Assembly: GCA_963663405.2 (NCBI GenBank)
Contig: CAXXSM010000118.1
Coordinates: 128,001-192,000 of the forward strand
DNA: 64,000 bases
Direction of reading: 5' to 3'
Origin: a bacterium
Lineage (GTDB): Bacteria > Hinthialibacterota > Hinthialibacteria > Hinthialibacterales > Hinthialibacteraceae
Below are positions 50,774 through 60,623 of the stretch, one piece after another. The stretch's first letter is position 1, and each line of letters opens with the position of its first letter. The translations under genes were made by a program, and so were the position numbers. The notes under the pieces are model-generated. The model saw only the letters and a program-made list of their open reading frames with translations, was not told the origin of the DNA and did no database searches.

Positions 50774-51307
50774 TCATGTAGAAGGAGTGTCTGCGATGGG
50801 GAAGACGGTCCAGGAGCCGTCTTTCTTAAGGACGCATAGTTTTGTTGATGAGATTTTTAATACTGTATCCCTGTAGGAGAATTCAACCTGTCCTGTGATG
50901 AGGAATCCGTCTTGCATGGTTTCTTGATCGGTATGTTGAAGCGCGAGTTCTTTGGCGGATTTGATGGTGTACCCATAAACCGCTGGAATCGCGCGTTCGG
51001 ACATGTCGATGGGTTCATCTTTAAAATCCAATGGATCGAGATCGACGTAAACCGGCGCAATATGTATCGCATACATATTACTATCGATCTGTCCGGGATC
51101 GTCCGCTTTGGATAATTCACTGATCGCCCGCTCGATGGCTCCTTCCGCGAGCCAATTCGCTTGTTTCAGCGTTAACACCCGGTGGGTTTGACTGGCGAGA
51201 AACAAGGTGCGGGCGGTGTAAGCGATCATCAGCGTCCCCGCTACGAATGTAAAGATCAATATCGCCGGGAGACTGACCATCCCTTTTTGTTTCGATCGTT
51301 CGTTCAT
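50774..51307 (-). CDS. GspK/PilX-like minor pseudopilin
   Basis: QKG|MVSLPAILIF (no E5); ANWLAEGAIERAI. Confidence 0.75.
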   Translation of the reverse strand: MNERSKQKGMVSLPAILIFTFVAGTLMIAYTARTLFLASQTHRVLTLKQANWLAEGAIERAISELSKADDPGQIDSNMYAIHIAPVYVDLDPLDFKDEPIDMSERAIPAVYGYTIKSAKELALQHTDQETMQDGFLITGQVEFSYRDTVLKISSTKLCVLKKDGSWTVFPIADTPST

Positions 51308-51798
51308 GGATGTAACTGACTCCCTTTCACAAACGTAATCAAGCGTTTTGGTCTCACGTCCAACGGGCGGCCTTTCGCTTCTTCAAACCATTCCATGCGG
51401 ATGGCGCCATCGGATGTCTTTTCCAACAGGAATTGCGCGTTCCCCAAGTTCGCGATTTTCATGGAAAGATCGTTCTTTCCTTCTTCATTCTGGTTCCGGA
51501 TTAATTCTCCGTTTTCAAGAGTATAGGTTATTTTTTTTACGGCGCCGTCCGCCGAAAGTTGAGTAAGGAGTAATAACGCGCTCTCGGATTGACTTACTTG
51601 AAATGAGTGGTTGATATCTTTTTCAATCCGGCTGAGCACCGTCTGCGCTTTGATGGAGAACATAACGTTATCGGTCGAAACCTTCGCCATTCTTTCAACT
51701 CGAAGCCACATTACACCCACAACTCCCGCCATTACATTCAACATAAGAACCACGATCATCAATTCGATCATTGTAAAAGCGCGTAAGTTTTTTTTCAT
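51304..51798 (-). CDS. GspJ/PilW-like minor pseudopilin
   Basis: LRA|FTMIELMIVV; LSRIEKDI; ITYTLENGELIR. Confidence 0.8.
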   Translation of the reverse strand: MKKNLRAFTMIELMIVVLMLNVMAGVVGVMWLRVERMAKVSTDNVMFSIKAQTVLSRIEKDINHSFQVSQSESALLLLTQLSADGAVKKITYTLENGELIRNQNEEGKNDLSMKIANLGNAQFLLEKTSDGAIRMEWFEEAKGRPLDVRPKRLITFVKGSQLHP

Positions 51799-52805
51799 TG
51801 ACTATCCTCCTTGCAATGGCGAAAGCCAACTAAACGGTAGCAACGGTTGAATTCAGAGCCTACTCCTGCATCATGTTCAAGAAGGATGGTAATTTTCAAG
51901 AGATTAGAATCTTCGGTTTTCATTACGTAATACTTGCCGGAAACCGGGACGTGTAGTTTGAATTCAGTCAGTGGAATCGGTAATTCATATGATTTATTCG
52001 AGGGAGCGAACACGGTATCCGCCGCCATGATAAAATGCATCTGGGAATCTAGAATCTCCCCCATTTGCACGCGGAGAGCGAGTTCTTTTTGACAGCGGAT
52101 ACAATAACTCCAGCTGTGAACCATTCCATAACTTAAAATCCCCAAAACAGCGACTGCGATCAAGATTTCAATCAGGGTAAAACCATCATTAGAGAAGGAA
52201 TCGGATGGATCCGAAACTCTACCTGAGAAGGGGAATAGATACCGGCGGATTTCAAGATTGCGTGGGAAATACGCGCAAGACGCAATGAAACAACCAAGAA
52301 AAATATATGTTAATGGATTGGTCATAATCCCTTGAATGCCTGAACCATTGCCTATTAAAACGGATAAACAGATTATAAATAAAATCAATCCACCAATACT
52401 GCAAATAACTACTCCAATCATCAAACCTGGAAGCCGATTGAAACACCAGAAGAGAATGAGACCGACGGAGATGCCCGCCATGAAATTGCGGCAGAAGGCG
52501 CCGAACGGTAAATCGGAACTGCCTAAAACCGCTAAGAGTCCTATTAGGACCACAAAAAACAGGCAATAGGAGACGAGAAAGCGAATCGTTCTCTCTTTTC
52601 TCAAGAACGCGCAGAACCACAGCATTAAAGCGATTAGTATTGGCAGAGCGGTCATTAAGTTCTCAAAACTCTGGGAGTACGAAGCGCTGGTTGTGGAAAA
52701 GGAGAGACTAAACCAAGCGAAAAGAATGGCTATACCGAAAAAAACCATCAGCAAGACTCTCAGTACACTCATTGGAGTCAGACTTGATTCCTTTTCCCTT
52801 CTCAT
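51795..52805 (-). CDS. Polytopic membrane protein fused to an internal prepilin (GspI/PilV-like) domain
   Basis: About six hydrophobic segments, then DG|FTLIEILIAVAVLGIL at residues 208/209. Confidence 0.75.
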   Translation of the reverse strand: MRREKESSLTPMSVLRVLLMVFFGIAILFAWFSLSFSTTSASYSQSFENLMTALPILIALMLWFCAFLRKERTIRFLVSYCLFFVVLIGLLAVLGSSDLPFGAFCRNFMAGISVGLILFWCFNRLPGLMIGVVICSIGGLILFIICLSVLIGNGSGIQGIMTNPLTYIFLGCFIASCAYFPRNLEIRRYLFPFSGRVSDPSDSFSNDGFTLIEILIAVAVLGILSYGMVHSWSYCIRCQKELALRVQMGEILDSQMHFIMAADTVFAPSNKSYELPIPLTEFKLHVPVSGKYYVMKTEDSNLLKITILLEHDAGVGSEFNRCYRLVGFRHCKEDSQ

Positions 52806-52835
52806 GGTTTTTCCTTTTCTTCTTGCCCTGTACTT

Positions 52836-53900
52836 TTAAAAACGAACGGCTGAAAAAATATTGAAATAATTGAATAAAGGCAAATACAGAGCGACCATCG
52901 TGAATCCTCCCAATACCACTACGGCGAAAATGAGAAAAGGTTCGAGGATTTCTCGCACGATTGTGGTTAACGAATCCAGTTGCCGGCGATGGTATGACGC
53001 CATGTTTTGCAGGGTTTTGCCCAATGTTTCCGTATTCCCAGAACCGGCGGATTCGGCGATCATCCATAACGTTGTATGGGGGATAATTAGATTGTGATCG
53101 CCGCCCGAATAGGATTCACCCGCAGCGATGGCTGTATCGAGTTCCTCCATTGCGATGCGGAGCATGGGGCTGGAGACGGACTCCTTCGCCAATTGGATCG
53201 CCTCTTGTCCAGAATTGCCGGCTTCCATTAAGACACCAATCATCTCGCACACCTCGGCCGATTTAGCGTGCCGTTGAAGAAGCCCTAAAAAGGGAATAAA
53301 GGGGACATACAGTAAGATCCGGTCAACGAATCGAGCGGAGGCCGAACGGCCTTCTACATCCGTTCCGACCCATCCAATCAGAATCCAAGCGAAGTAAAAG
53401 AGAAGCCCATCACCGACGATTAAGATCGCCGGTCCTATCCCCATATATAATTGAGTCATCTCTGGTAATTGCGATCCATACATATTGATGAATTTAGGAA
53501 TCACCATATAGCCGAAGAGGATCATTTCCAGCAGTAGGATCGTCCAGATGAGGAAGGGATAAATCAGACATTTCTGTAATTTATGCTGGACCTCACGGGC
53601 GGACTGTAAATAGCCGCTGACGGAGACAAGCATGCGTGAAAGCGCTCCACCTTCCTCCCCCGCGCGAACCATTTTCCGCAGCATCCTAGGGAAGTACTTT
53701 GGATAATTATCCAAGGCGTCGGAGAGAGAAGAGCCCAGTTGCACCAATTCCGAGACATTGGCCTGCGCCTTCTTCCATCCCTTGTCAATCGCTTCGCGGC
53801 TCATGTTATGGATCGTCTTATCCATAGGCAGTTTCAACGCGAGCGCCGAAGAGAGCTGTTCGACAAATAAGATCAGATTATCCCATTTATATTTAGCCAT
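52836..53900 (-). CDS. GspF/PilC-family inner-membrane platform protein
   Basis: QLSSAL, GSSLSDAL...FPRM...AGEEGGAL, LIYP, VIPKF, LEPFLI...ALYLPLF. Confidence 0.88.
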   Translation of the reverse strand: MAKYKWDNLILFVEQLSSALALKLPMDKTIHNMSREAIDKGWKKAQANVSELVQLGSSLSDALDNYPKYFPRMLRKMVRAGEEGGALSRMLVSVSGYLQSAREVQHKLQKCLIYPFLIWTILLLEMILFGYMVIPKFINMYGSQLPEMTQLYMGIGPAILIVGDGLLFYFAWILIGWVGTDVEGRSASARFVDRILLYVPFIPFLGLLQRHAKSAEVCEMIGVLMEAGNSGQEAIQLAKESVSSPMLRIAMEELDTAIAAGESYSGGDHNLIIPHTTLWMIAESAGSGNTETLGKTLQNMASYHRRQLDSLTTIVREILEPFLIFAVVVLGGFTMVALYLPLFNYFNIFSAVRF

Positions 53901-53909
53901 ATTGTTACC

Positions 53910-54476
53910 TCATGGTCCGAAAAACGTGATGGCTCCTTCCGATGAAGTGCCATTACTTGGATTGTATGTCACCAGCGTATTGAGATTAGATGGATCGAAC
54001 TTGTTTATATAAGAGGGGCCCATTCCGTATACGAGGTAATTGGCGCTTCCCCCCGCGCGTCCAAACTTTGATAATGGCACACGCGCGCCTTCGCTTTGAA
54101 TAAAATTAATATAAAAGTACCCTTTATTGTTATCGCGTTCGTTTTTTATGAACTCCCACTTATCGAAATCTCCCGGCGCGAGGAATACATCATCCGGTAA
54201 TTCAGAAACATAGGGGATAGGACATGTGATCGGATTTAAATCGCCTATGGACATCTTTCCACTTTCTTGATTCAGTGGATAATCGTCCATATCCACGCAG
54301 TACATTTCCAACGCCCAAACGAGCATGCACTGTTCGGCTTCAGATCGGGCGACTTTCGCGCGAATGGAGGCGTTCAAAAAATTGGGAACCGCGATTGCGC
54401 ATAAAAGAGAAATAATAGTGATGACGGCCATCAATTCAATCAGCGTAAAACCAGGGGACATGCGTCTTATGATCAT
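53910..54476 (-). CDS. GspG-like pseudopilin
   Basis: G|FTLIELMAVITIISLLCAIAVPNFLNASIRAKVAR; ALEMYCVD..YP; ITCPIPYV...DVF; YNPSNG. Confidence 0.88.
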   Translation of the reverse strand: MIIRRMSPGFTLIELMAVITIISLLCAIAVPNFLNASIRAKVARSEAEQCMLVWALEMYCVDMDDYPLNQESGKMSIGDLNPITCPIPYVSELPDDVFLAPGDFDKWEFIKNERDNNKGYFYINFIQSEGARVPLSKFGRAGGSANYLVYGMGPSYINKFDPSNLNTLVTYNPSNGTSSEGAITFFGP

Positions 54477-54761
54477 GGCAAAACTCCAGTAATTTACAGA
54501 ATCCCTCTTCAAGATTGAGTAAACCGTTCAATGCGCTTTTAATTCATAACGGCTGATCCGTTACAATTTCTTAGTTTTCCTATGACGATTCTTTAGGGAG
54601 GTCTGCAGAAATACCCCGATCCAGGAGTATATCCAATATATTTTTTCAATCTCTTTAATTGATAAAATCATAAATGGGGATAAATAAAGGACATTCATTC
54701 TCCGCCCAAAGCAGGCAGGCCATAATTATTGAACAAATCCAATAAAAAAACAGCCGTTCTC

Positions 54762-55262
54762 TTATCGATCGGCGCACTTGGTATTTTTCTTGGGGGTTGG
54801 TTCCAAGAGAATTCCTTCCTCCCGGTAAATTTGAAGGGTTTCATCGTTGTAGATATTGGATAAAACCGATTCTTCAACCGGCTTTTTAACCTTTTTCGAT
54901 TGAACGGAATGCTGCAATTGCTCAAAACCCGTGACAAGCCCCCCCGTGACAAGCGCAAATACGCAGGCGGCGCCAGCGACCCAGCCAGCCAACCGGCTAA
55001 AGGTCTTACGCGGACTTTCTTCTTCTTCTAGAATAATTTCCCGTTTCACGGTCGCGAGCAGTTCGGGAGGCGCGTCAAAAATCCCCTCGGACGCTCCCAG
55101 GCCATCCAACCGGGTCAAAAGATCCTTCCATCGCGCCTCTTCCGCCCGGCAGAACTCACATTCCAACAGATGGCGGATGAATAGATTGAGCTCGCGCTCA
55201 TCTAATTCGCGATAGAGGTACTCTGACCAACGGTTTTGAACGTCCTTGCAAGTAAATTTCAT
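54762..55262 (-). CDS. Zinc-finger (HxxxCxxC) anti-sigma factor with one TM
   Basis: CKDV...YLYREL...HLLECEFCR; overlaps the sigma stop codon. Confidence 0.85.
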   Translation of the reverse strand: MKFTCKDVQNRWSEYLYRELDERELNLFIRHLLECEFCRAEEARWKDLLTRLDGLGASEGIFDAPPELLATVKREIILEEEESPRKTFSRLAGWVAGAACVFALVTGGLVTGFEQLQHSVQSKKVKKPVEESVLSNIYNDETLQIYREEGILLEPTPKKNTKCADR

Positions 55263-55903
55263 TGATCGTTCGCGGCCTTTTTAGTCGATTGAGACGCATT
55301 CTGCGCCGCATTCAATTCGCCGATTTCTCTTTTCGAAAGGTTGGTTTCTCCCAAGCCTAGCAAACTCCGTAATTTAAGCAAGGTCTGATGCAACGTCGCT
55401 TTAACGGTGCCCACCGGAGCGCGAATCACATCCGCAATTTCACGGATTTTCAAGTTCTGGAAATGTCGGAGAACAAAGATGGAGCGCTGCCGGTCCGTCA
55501 ATTTTTCCAACGCATTTTTGATTTGGTTTAAATCCTCGGTTTGCTTCGCATATTCATGGGGCGTCACGCCTTTTTCAGGAAGAGACATTAGAATGATATT
55601 GTCAGACGTCGTTTGCGTTTCGTAATGGCGCCGCTGCCGCAATCGATCGATGCAGGTATTAACAATGACACGGTAAACCCAGCGATCAAGGGCGACATCC
55701 TTTTTCAGTTTCGGCCCAAAACGCCAGACCTTTAAAAACACTTCCTGGGCCACATCAAGGGCGTCTTCATGTTTGCTCACCATGCGCAACGCGGTGTAAT
55801 ACACCTGTTGCTGGAAGCGCCGGACGAAAATCTCGAAAACACCGGGATCTTTGTCCCTGATTCCCTGTATTAACTCTTTTTCAGATATCATTGTAACTAT
55901 CAA
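55259..55903 (-). CDS. ECF sigma-70 factor
   Basis: DALDVAQEVFLK, WVYRVIVNTCID, LTDRQRSIFVL...EIA...PVGTVK. Confidence 0.92.
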   Translation of the reverse strand: MIVTMISEKELIQGIRDKDPGVFEIFVRRFQQQVYYTALRMVSKHEDALDVAQEVFLKVWRFGPKLKKDVALDRWVYRVIVNTCIDRLRQRRHYETQTTSDNIILMSLPEKGVTPHEYAKQTEDLNQIKNALEKLTDRQRSIFVLRHFQNLKIREIADVIRAPVGTVKATLHQTLLKLRSLLGLGETNLSKREIGELNAAQNASQSTKKAANDQ

Positions 55904-56170
55904 CCGTAATAAATAAGGATTCCTTAGAAGCGGCTGAATGTATTCACCTTAATAGTATAACGGAATTTTTTATATCCGTATTCAATATATGGTGATTTTC
56001 AACCAGCGCTTCATAATCGTTATAGAAAACGGTAACATAAACAGGATGGTTTAGTCCATTTTTTATTAGTTAAATCATTTTTATTCCAGCGAGATAAGAA
56101 AATAAAGTAGTATGCTCAAAATACTAAATTTAAGAATGATATATTAATTTTATTTCTATGGAGATGACCG

Positions 56171-57217
56171 TTATTTATTTGGCTCAAGGACAGCTTTGAT
56201 AAGGCGGGATTCGTGCATGGCTTCGAAACCTTCCTGCCATCGATCTATGGGCAGTTTCATCAAAGTCATTGGGGTTACATCTAAATCACCAGTAGAAAGC
56301 ATCGTCAGCACTCGTTCCCACATGTCCCAATTATGGCTGAAAACACCTTGGAGTGAGACGGCTTTATGGACAAGCGGATCGAGTGAGAAATTATACGCGC
56401 CCGGTCCCCAACCTACTCGTAAAATCTGACCCGCGGGACGGACAATATCAATAGCGTCTTTGAGTGATTTATTGCTTCCCGATGTGTCAATCACCACATC
56501 GATTCCCGTCCCGTCTCCAATGGAGGCCACGATTCCACGCAGGTTTTCCTCATCGACCACAATCGTCCGGGTCGCTCCAAAGGTAATCCCCATATCCAAC
56601 CGGATTTTGTCGTTTTTCAATCCCGTGAGAAGAATCGGATTTCCCCCGCGAAGTTTTGCGATTTGAGTGCAAATCAAACCGATCGAGCCGCATCCAAGAA
56701 CGGCGACGCTTTTCGCAGGCCGGATTCTCGCGGAATGGGCGGCGGCGTGATAGGCGATACAACACGGTTCACACAATGCCGCTTGCAGCATCGGCAGGTT
56801 CTTAGGAACTAGATGCAAACATCGTTCAGGCACATTTACATATTGGGTCATGCCTCCATCAACTCCGCTGCCGAAACCTTTCCGGTGGCGGCATAGATTA
56901 TACCGGCCGATCCGGCAAAAGCGGCATTCCCCACAGATAACCGCCGCTGTTTCACTTACAATCCGGTCGCCGGGCGCGAAATTTTTCACTCCTCTTCCCA
57001 CGTCTTGTACGATCCCGCTGAATTCGTGCCCCATAATGACGGGAACATTCACAGGCCAGCTATGCTCGTTTAAATACTGGTGCACATCTGTGCCACAGAT
57101 CCCTACTGCGCTCACTTTCACCAACACGTGATCGCGAGTTGGTTTGGGAATGGGAACTTCCCGCAACTCAACCGCCCGTTCCTTCAGCGCATATTGAACG
57201 ACCGCCGGCTGCTTCAC
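56171..57217 (-). CDS. Zn-dependent alcohol/polyol dehydrogenase (MDR)
   Basis: GICGTD, GHEFSG, CGECRFC..G.YNLC, EP, GCGSIG. Confidence 0.9.
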   Translation of the reverse strand: MKQPAVVQYALKERAVELREVPIPKPTRDHVLVKVSAVGICGTDVHQYLNEHSWPVNVPVIMGHEFSGIVQDVGRGVKNFAPGDRIVSETAAVICGECRFCRIGRYNLCRHRKGFGSGVDGGMTQYVNVPERCLHLVPKNLPMLQAALCEPCCIAYHAAAHSARIRPAKSVAVLGCGSIGLICTQIAKLRGGNPILLTGLKNDKIRLDMGITFGATRTIVVDEENLRGIVASIGDGTGIDVVIDTSGSNKSLKDAIDIVRPAGQILRVGWGPGAYNFSLDPLVHKAVSLQGVFSHNWDMWERVLTMLSTGDLDVTPMTLMKLPIDRWQEGFEAMHESRLIKAVLEPNK

Positions 57218-57445
57218 AATGTGTCTCCTTCTTTAATCGTTATGATATGGTTCAAGTATTATTTATACATCATTATCCTTCAAGGTTAAGGATTGACCCA
57301 CGTCTCCTTTTTTTCAGGTACAAGGCTATTACAATCTGGGTGGTACCCGATTTATCACAAATATCCGGACAAATGCGCGTAGTAACTTTACACACTTCTA
57401 TAGAATAAACTTGTAATCATAGAGTTCCGCTCTATAATTACAAAT

Positions 57446-57847
57446 ATGTTAAACCGCTGTCTTACAGATTCCCTACTTGATTACCTAAAGCAATTCCCGG
57501 CTGTCTGCCTGCTCGATATCCCATAGTTGGAATGAGTTGGGAAGGATATGTCTTAGAGAACCTGTTGCGCGTGGCGCCTGAGCGCATCAAGGCGAGTTTT
57601 TATCGCACCCATACGGGGCGCGTTGAAATCGACTTGGTTCTGGAACTGCCGGGAAACCGCCTTTGGGCCATCGAGATCAAACGTACGACGGCGCCGAAGA
57701 TGGAAACGAGGATTTCGGCAGGCCCTTGAGGACATCAAACCGGATCGGACTTTCATCGTCTATGGTGGAAAGGAACGCTACCCAAAGTCTGAGGGAGTGG
57801 AAGTGATTAGCTTATATGATATGGCCCAGGAATTGGCTGGTTATTGA
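57446..57847 (+). pseudogene. Remnant of an AAA_14/DUF4143 ATPase gene (large internal deletion plus frameshift)
   Basis: MLNRCLTDSLLDYLKQFPAVCLL is joined, with no P-loop, to SWEGYVLENL...FYRT...EIDLVLE...AIEIK...RGFRQALEDI...FIVYGGKERYP. Confidence 0.75.
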
Positions 57848-57956
57848 GATTTCCTGGTAGCGACGCTCCTATTGGGCTAAGATGTCTAAGAAGCGGTTTA
57901 TTGAAAAAACACATACCAATCCATCTTTGCTGCTAACACCTATTAAACGAAAACTT

Positions 57957-58193
57957 CTATTCAAATCCAAAAACTTTAGCTTCTTCACCAGTCAACGGCG
58001 CGTCAAAATCATCGGCCAATTCAATTTGACCCGCCATTGCGCCAATGCGGTCGCTTACTTTTTCCTTCCTCTGTGTTGGAACAAGTTTCGCAATAACCTC
58101 TCCGCTTTCTTCAAACAAAATTTCCTCACCCGCTTTTGCTTTATTGATTAACATGATGATCTTTGTCTGTACTTCCTGAACATCAACATGCAT
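57957..58193 (-). CDS. Phd/YefM-type antitoxin, apparently orphan
   Basis: LINKAKAGEEIL...VIAKLVP...GAMAGQIELADDFDAPL. Confidence 0.8.
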   Translation of the reverse strand: MHVDVQEVQTKIIMLINKAKAGEEILFEESGEVIAKLVPTQRKEKVSDRIGAMAGQIELADDFDAPLTGEEAKVFGFE

Positions 58194-58429
58194 GATTTTT
58201 CACCTTATTCCTGTCTTCTCTATATTATGATAGAAATCTTTAATTTCACAATGAAAAAGTGTTCCATGTATCTTCATTGTTAATCTTGGTACAATCCTGA
58301 ATCGTTCTTCTCCCCCGAAGCCACTTAGATCAAATCAGTCATCATTCAACCGATTATTCAAAAGGAAAAACCTTTTTGATTTGAAGGTCTCCCTATACGT
58401 GTAGGCGCTGGGTCATGATATACTTACAA

Positions 58430-58805
58430 CTCAATGATGGAGATCTGTTCCCGGTGGGTCGGTAAAGCGTGACCCACCCTACGTTTCTGATGTTACGCAA
58501 CTTCATTGATTGAGATTTTTTGTCTGAATCCGGATAGCCAGGACAACCAGGATAGACAGGATAGGTATTATCAGAGTGATATTGATCATCGAATAGTAAA
58601 ATTCGTATTCAAAGTTTTTTATCCTGGTTATCCTTTTCATCTTGGGTATCCAGATTCAGACAAAAGCGGATTCAGAGAAGAACTTCAATCTATTGGTTTG
58701 CGTAACATCAGTGATTAAGATTTGTTCCTACGTTTCTCAATGATGAAGATCTCATTCTGGTGGGTCGATAAAGCGTGACCCACCCTGCGTTTCTCAATGA
58801 TGATG
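58430..58805. repeat. REP-like direct repeats flanking a nested palindromic element
   Basis: GGTGGGTC-N10-GACCCACCCT[A/G]C at 58453 and 58759, each within a ~60-bp CTCAATGATG..CGTTTCT unit. Confidence 0.8.
58487..58711. mobile_element. MITE-like non-autonomous element
   Basis: 14-bp perfect terminal IRs CTGATGTTACGCAA / TTGCGTAACATCAG; inner TTTTGTCTGAATC / GATTCAGACAAAA with 9-bp periodic CAGGA[TC] units. Confidence 0.6.
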
Positions 58806-58872
58806 ATTGGGAAGTCCATATAAACAAGATAGAAAATGAAATTTCTATTCAAATCACTTAAATGAAAGAATT

Positions 58873-59979
58873 ATGAACGATCAAAAAAAATATACGGAAA
58901 TGACGGTTGGGCTGGGAGAGCGGAGTTATCCGATACTCGCCGGTCCAAATTTGTTGGATTTAATTGGGGAACATGCGAAAGAGATGGGATTACTTTCTCC
59001 CATTGCAATAATTACGGATAGCAATGTTAAATCGCTCTATGCGGAGCGAGTTCTTCAATCGCTTGAAAATTCTGGTTTTACGGCGCGTATTCTCGATTTT
59101 CCAGCAGGGGAGTCTTCAAAACATTTACAGACCGTATCTGCGCTTTACGATGGAATGGTTTCCTTAGGTCCGGAACGAAAAAGCGGTGTTATCGCGCTGG
59201 GGGGTGGCGTGCCGGGTGATATCGCCGGTTTTGTGGCCGCGACCTACCTGCGTGGAATGCGGTTCATCCAAGTTCCAACGACGCTTCTCGCCCAAGTTGA
59301 TTCCGCCGTGGGGGGAAAAGTCGGCGTCGATCACGCAGGGGGGAAAAATCTGATCGGCGCGTTTCATCAACCCTGCCGTGTGACGATCGACACACGGACG
59401 CTCCAAACGTTGGACCGGCGTCAGATCAAGGCGGGTTTGGCGGAGATTATCAAGCATGGCGTAATCGCCGACGAGGCGCTGTTCCAGCGTATCTGTGATA
59501 TACTCGATCGTCTTCTGGCGGTGGATGACGCGATTTATCAGGAAATCATCCCCTGGAATTGCCGGATCAAAGCCAACGTGGTCGAACAAGATGAAAAAGA
59601 GAGCGGATTGCGGGCGATTCTCAATTTCGGCCATACTATCGGTCATGCGCTGGAAACGTTGACGGGATACGAACACTATCTGCATGGAGAAGCGGTGGCG
59701 ATTGGGATGTTGGTGGAAGCGCAGTTGGGAGAACGGCTTGGAATAACGCCTCTGGCCGTGGTGGAAGCGCTTGCTTCCCTGCTCCGAAAAGCCGATTATC
59801 CTTTAGAAAAACCGGATATAAGCGCGGACCGGCTGTTGGATTCCATGTTCCGTGACAAAAAGGTCGAACGCGGACGGCTCCGGTTTATCTTCCCTGCGAA
59901 AATGGGAGATGTTACGATTCAAGACGTTGAAGATCTAGACTTGATTCGAGACACTTGGGATCAGTACATGCAACCTTGA
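58873..59979 (+). CDS. aroB: 3-dehydroquinate synthase
   Basis: GESSK, ALGGGV.GDIAGF, PTTLLAQVDSAVGGK, KNLIGAFHQP, EIIKHG, LNFGHTIGHA, HGEAVAIG. Confidence 0.96.
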   Translation: MNDQKKYTEMTVGLGERSYPILAGPNLLDLIGEHAKEMGLLSPIAIITDSNVKSLYAERVLQSLENSGFTARILDFPAGESSKHLQTVSALYDGMVSLGPERKSGVIALGGGVPGDIAGFVAATYLRGMRFIQVPTTLLAQVDSAVGGKVGVDHAGGKNLIGAFHQPCRVTIDTRTLQTLDRRQIKAGLAEIIKHGVIADEALFQRICDILDRLLAVDDAIYQEIIPWNCRIKANVVEQDEKESGLRAILNFGHTIGHALETLTGYEHYLHGEAVAIGMLVEAQLGERLGITPLAVVEALASLLRKADYPLEKPDISADRLLDSMFRDKKVERGRLRFIFPAKMGDVTIQDVEDLDLIRDTWDQYMQP

Positions 59980-60060
59980 ATTTAAAATAATAAGGGAAAG
60001 TAAGATAGTAAGAAATCGAGAATGTACAGACATTGTTCTTTATGCATCTTTTTGGTGTGG

Positions 60061-60106
60061 CAGGTAATTAAGCAAGGGCAGAAAAAAGCCTTGCCCTTGC
60101 CACCCA
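60061..60106. repeat. Dispersed hairpin repeat, copy 1
   Basis: CAGGTA..GCAAGGGCAGA..CCTTGCCCTTGCCACCCA; second copy at 62152-62197. Confidence 0.8.
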
Positions 60107-60206
60107 CCGTTTGGTGTCAATCCTGAATCCGTACAACATAGGACAAACGAACGGAAAAAGAAAAAACCTGAAAATTCAGTTGACAGAAAGGATGGTCTCG
60201 GCTGTA

Positions 60207-60623
60207 ATGAATAAAGGAATCGGAGAGAAACATCATTTGATGTTTCCACAACTGATGGTTTATGCAGTAACTCTTGTCTTTCTTTTTTTGGTTGAGGGAT
60301 GCTATACGACGGTAGTGCGCGTTGAGACCACGCCTCCTGGGGCGGCCGTCCATTATGATTTTGAACCCCAAGGCGTCACGCCAGCGGAGTTTAATGTCGA
60401 TTGGTATGGTAAACATAAAGTGACTCTGGATCATCCGGAGCTTGGTCGGCGCGTGGAATATGTGGATTTAAGGGCGCCAGCGTACATGTGGTTCCCCCTG
60501 GATTTTTTCGTCGCGATCCTCCCCTTCAAAATCACCGATCGGCAAGAGTTCTCATTCGATCTGACGGAAACGCCAGAATCAAGCGTAAAGGATGAGAACG
60601 ATGAGGAAAAAGACTCGCAGTAG
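60207..60623 (+). CDS. PEGA-domain lipoprotein
   Basis: Lipobox-like VEGC; ETTPPGAAV...GVTP...WYGKHKVTL; start codon uncertain. Confidence 0.7.
   Translation: MNKGIGEKHHLMFPQLMVYAVTLVFLFLVEGCYTTVVRVETTPPGAAVHYDFEPQGVTPAEFNVDWYGKHKVTLDHPELGRRVEYVDLRAPAYMWFPLDFFVAILPFKITDRQEFSFDLTETPESSVKDENDEEKDSQ

Noticed and set aside
58506-58718. 70-aa ORF with QDNQDRQD repeats; also ORF 11500-11733
   Set aside because: These are translations of non-coding palindromic repeats
58430-58805. CRISPR array
   Set aside because: Only two or three degenerate units, no regular unique spacers and no cas genes
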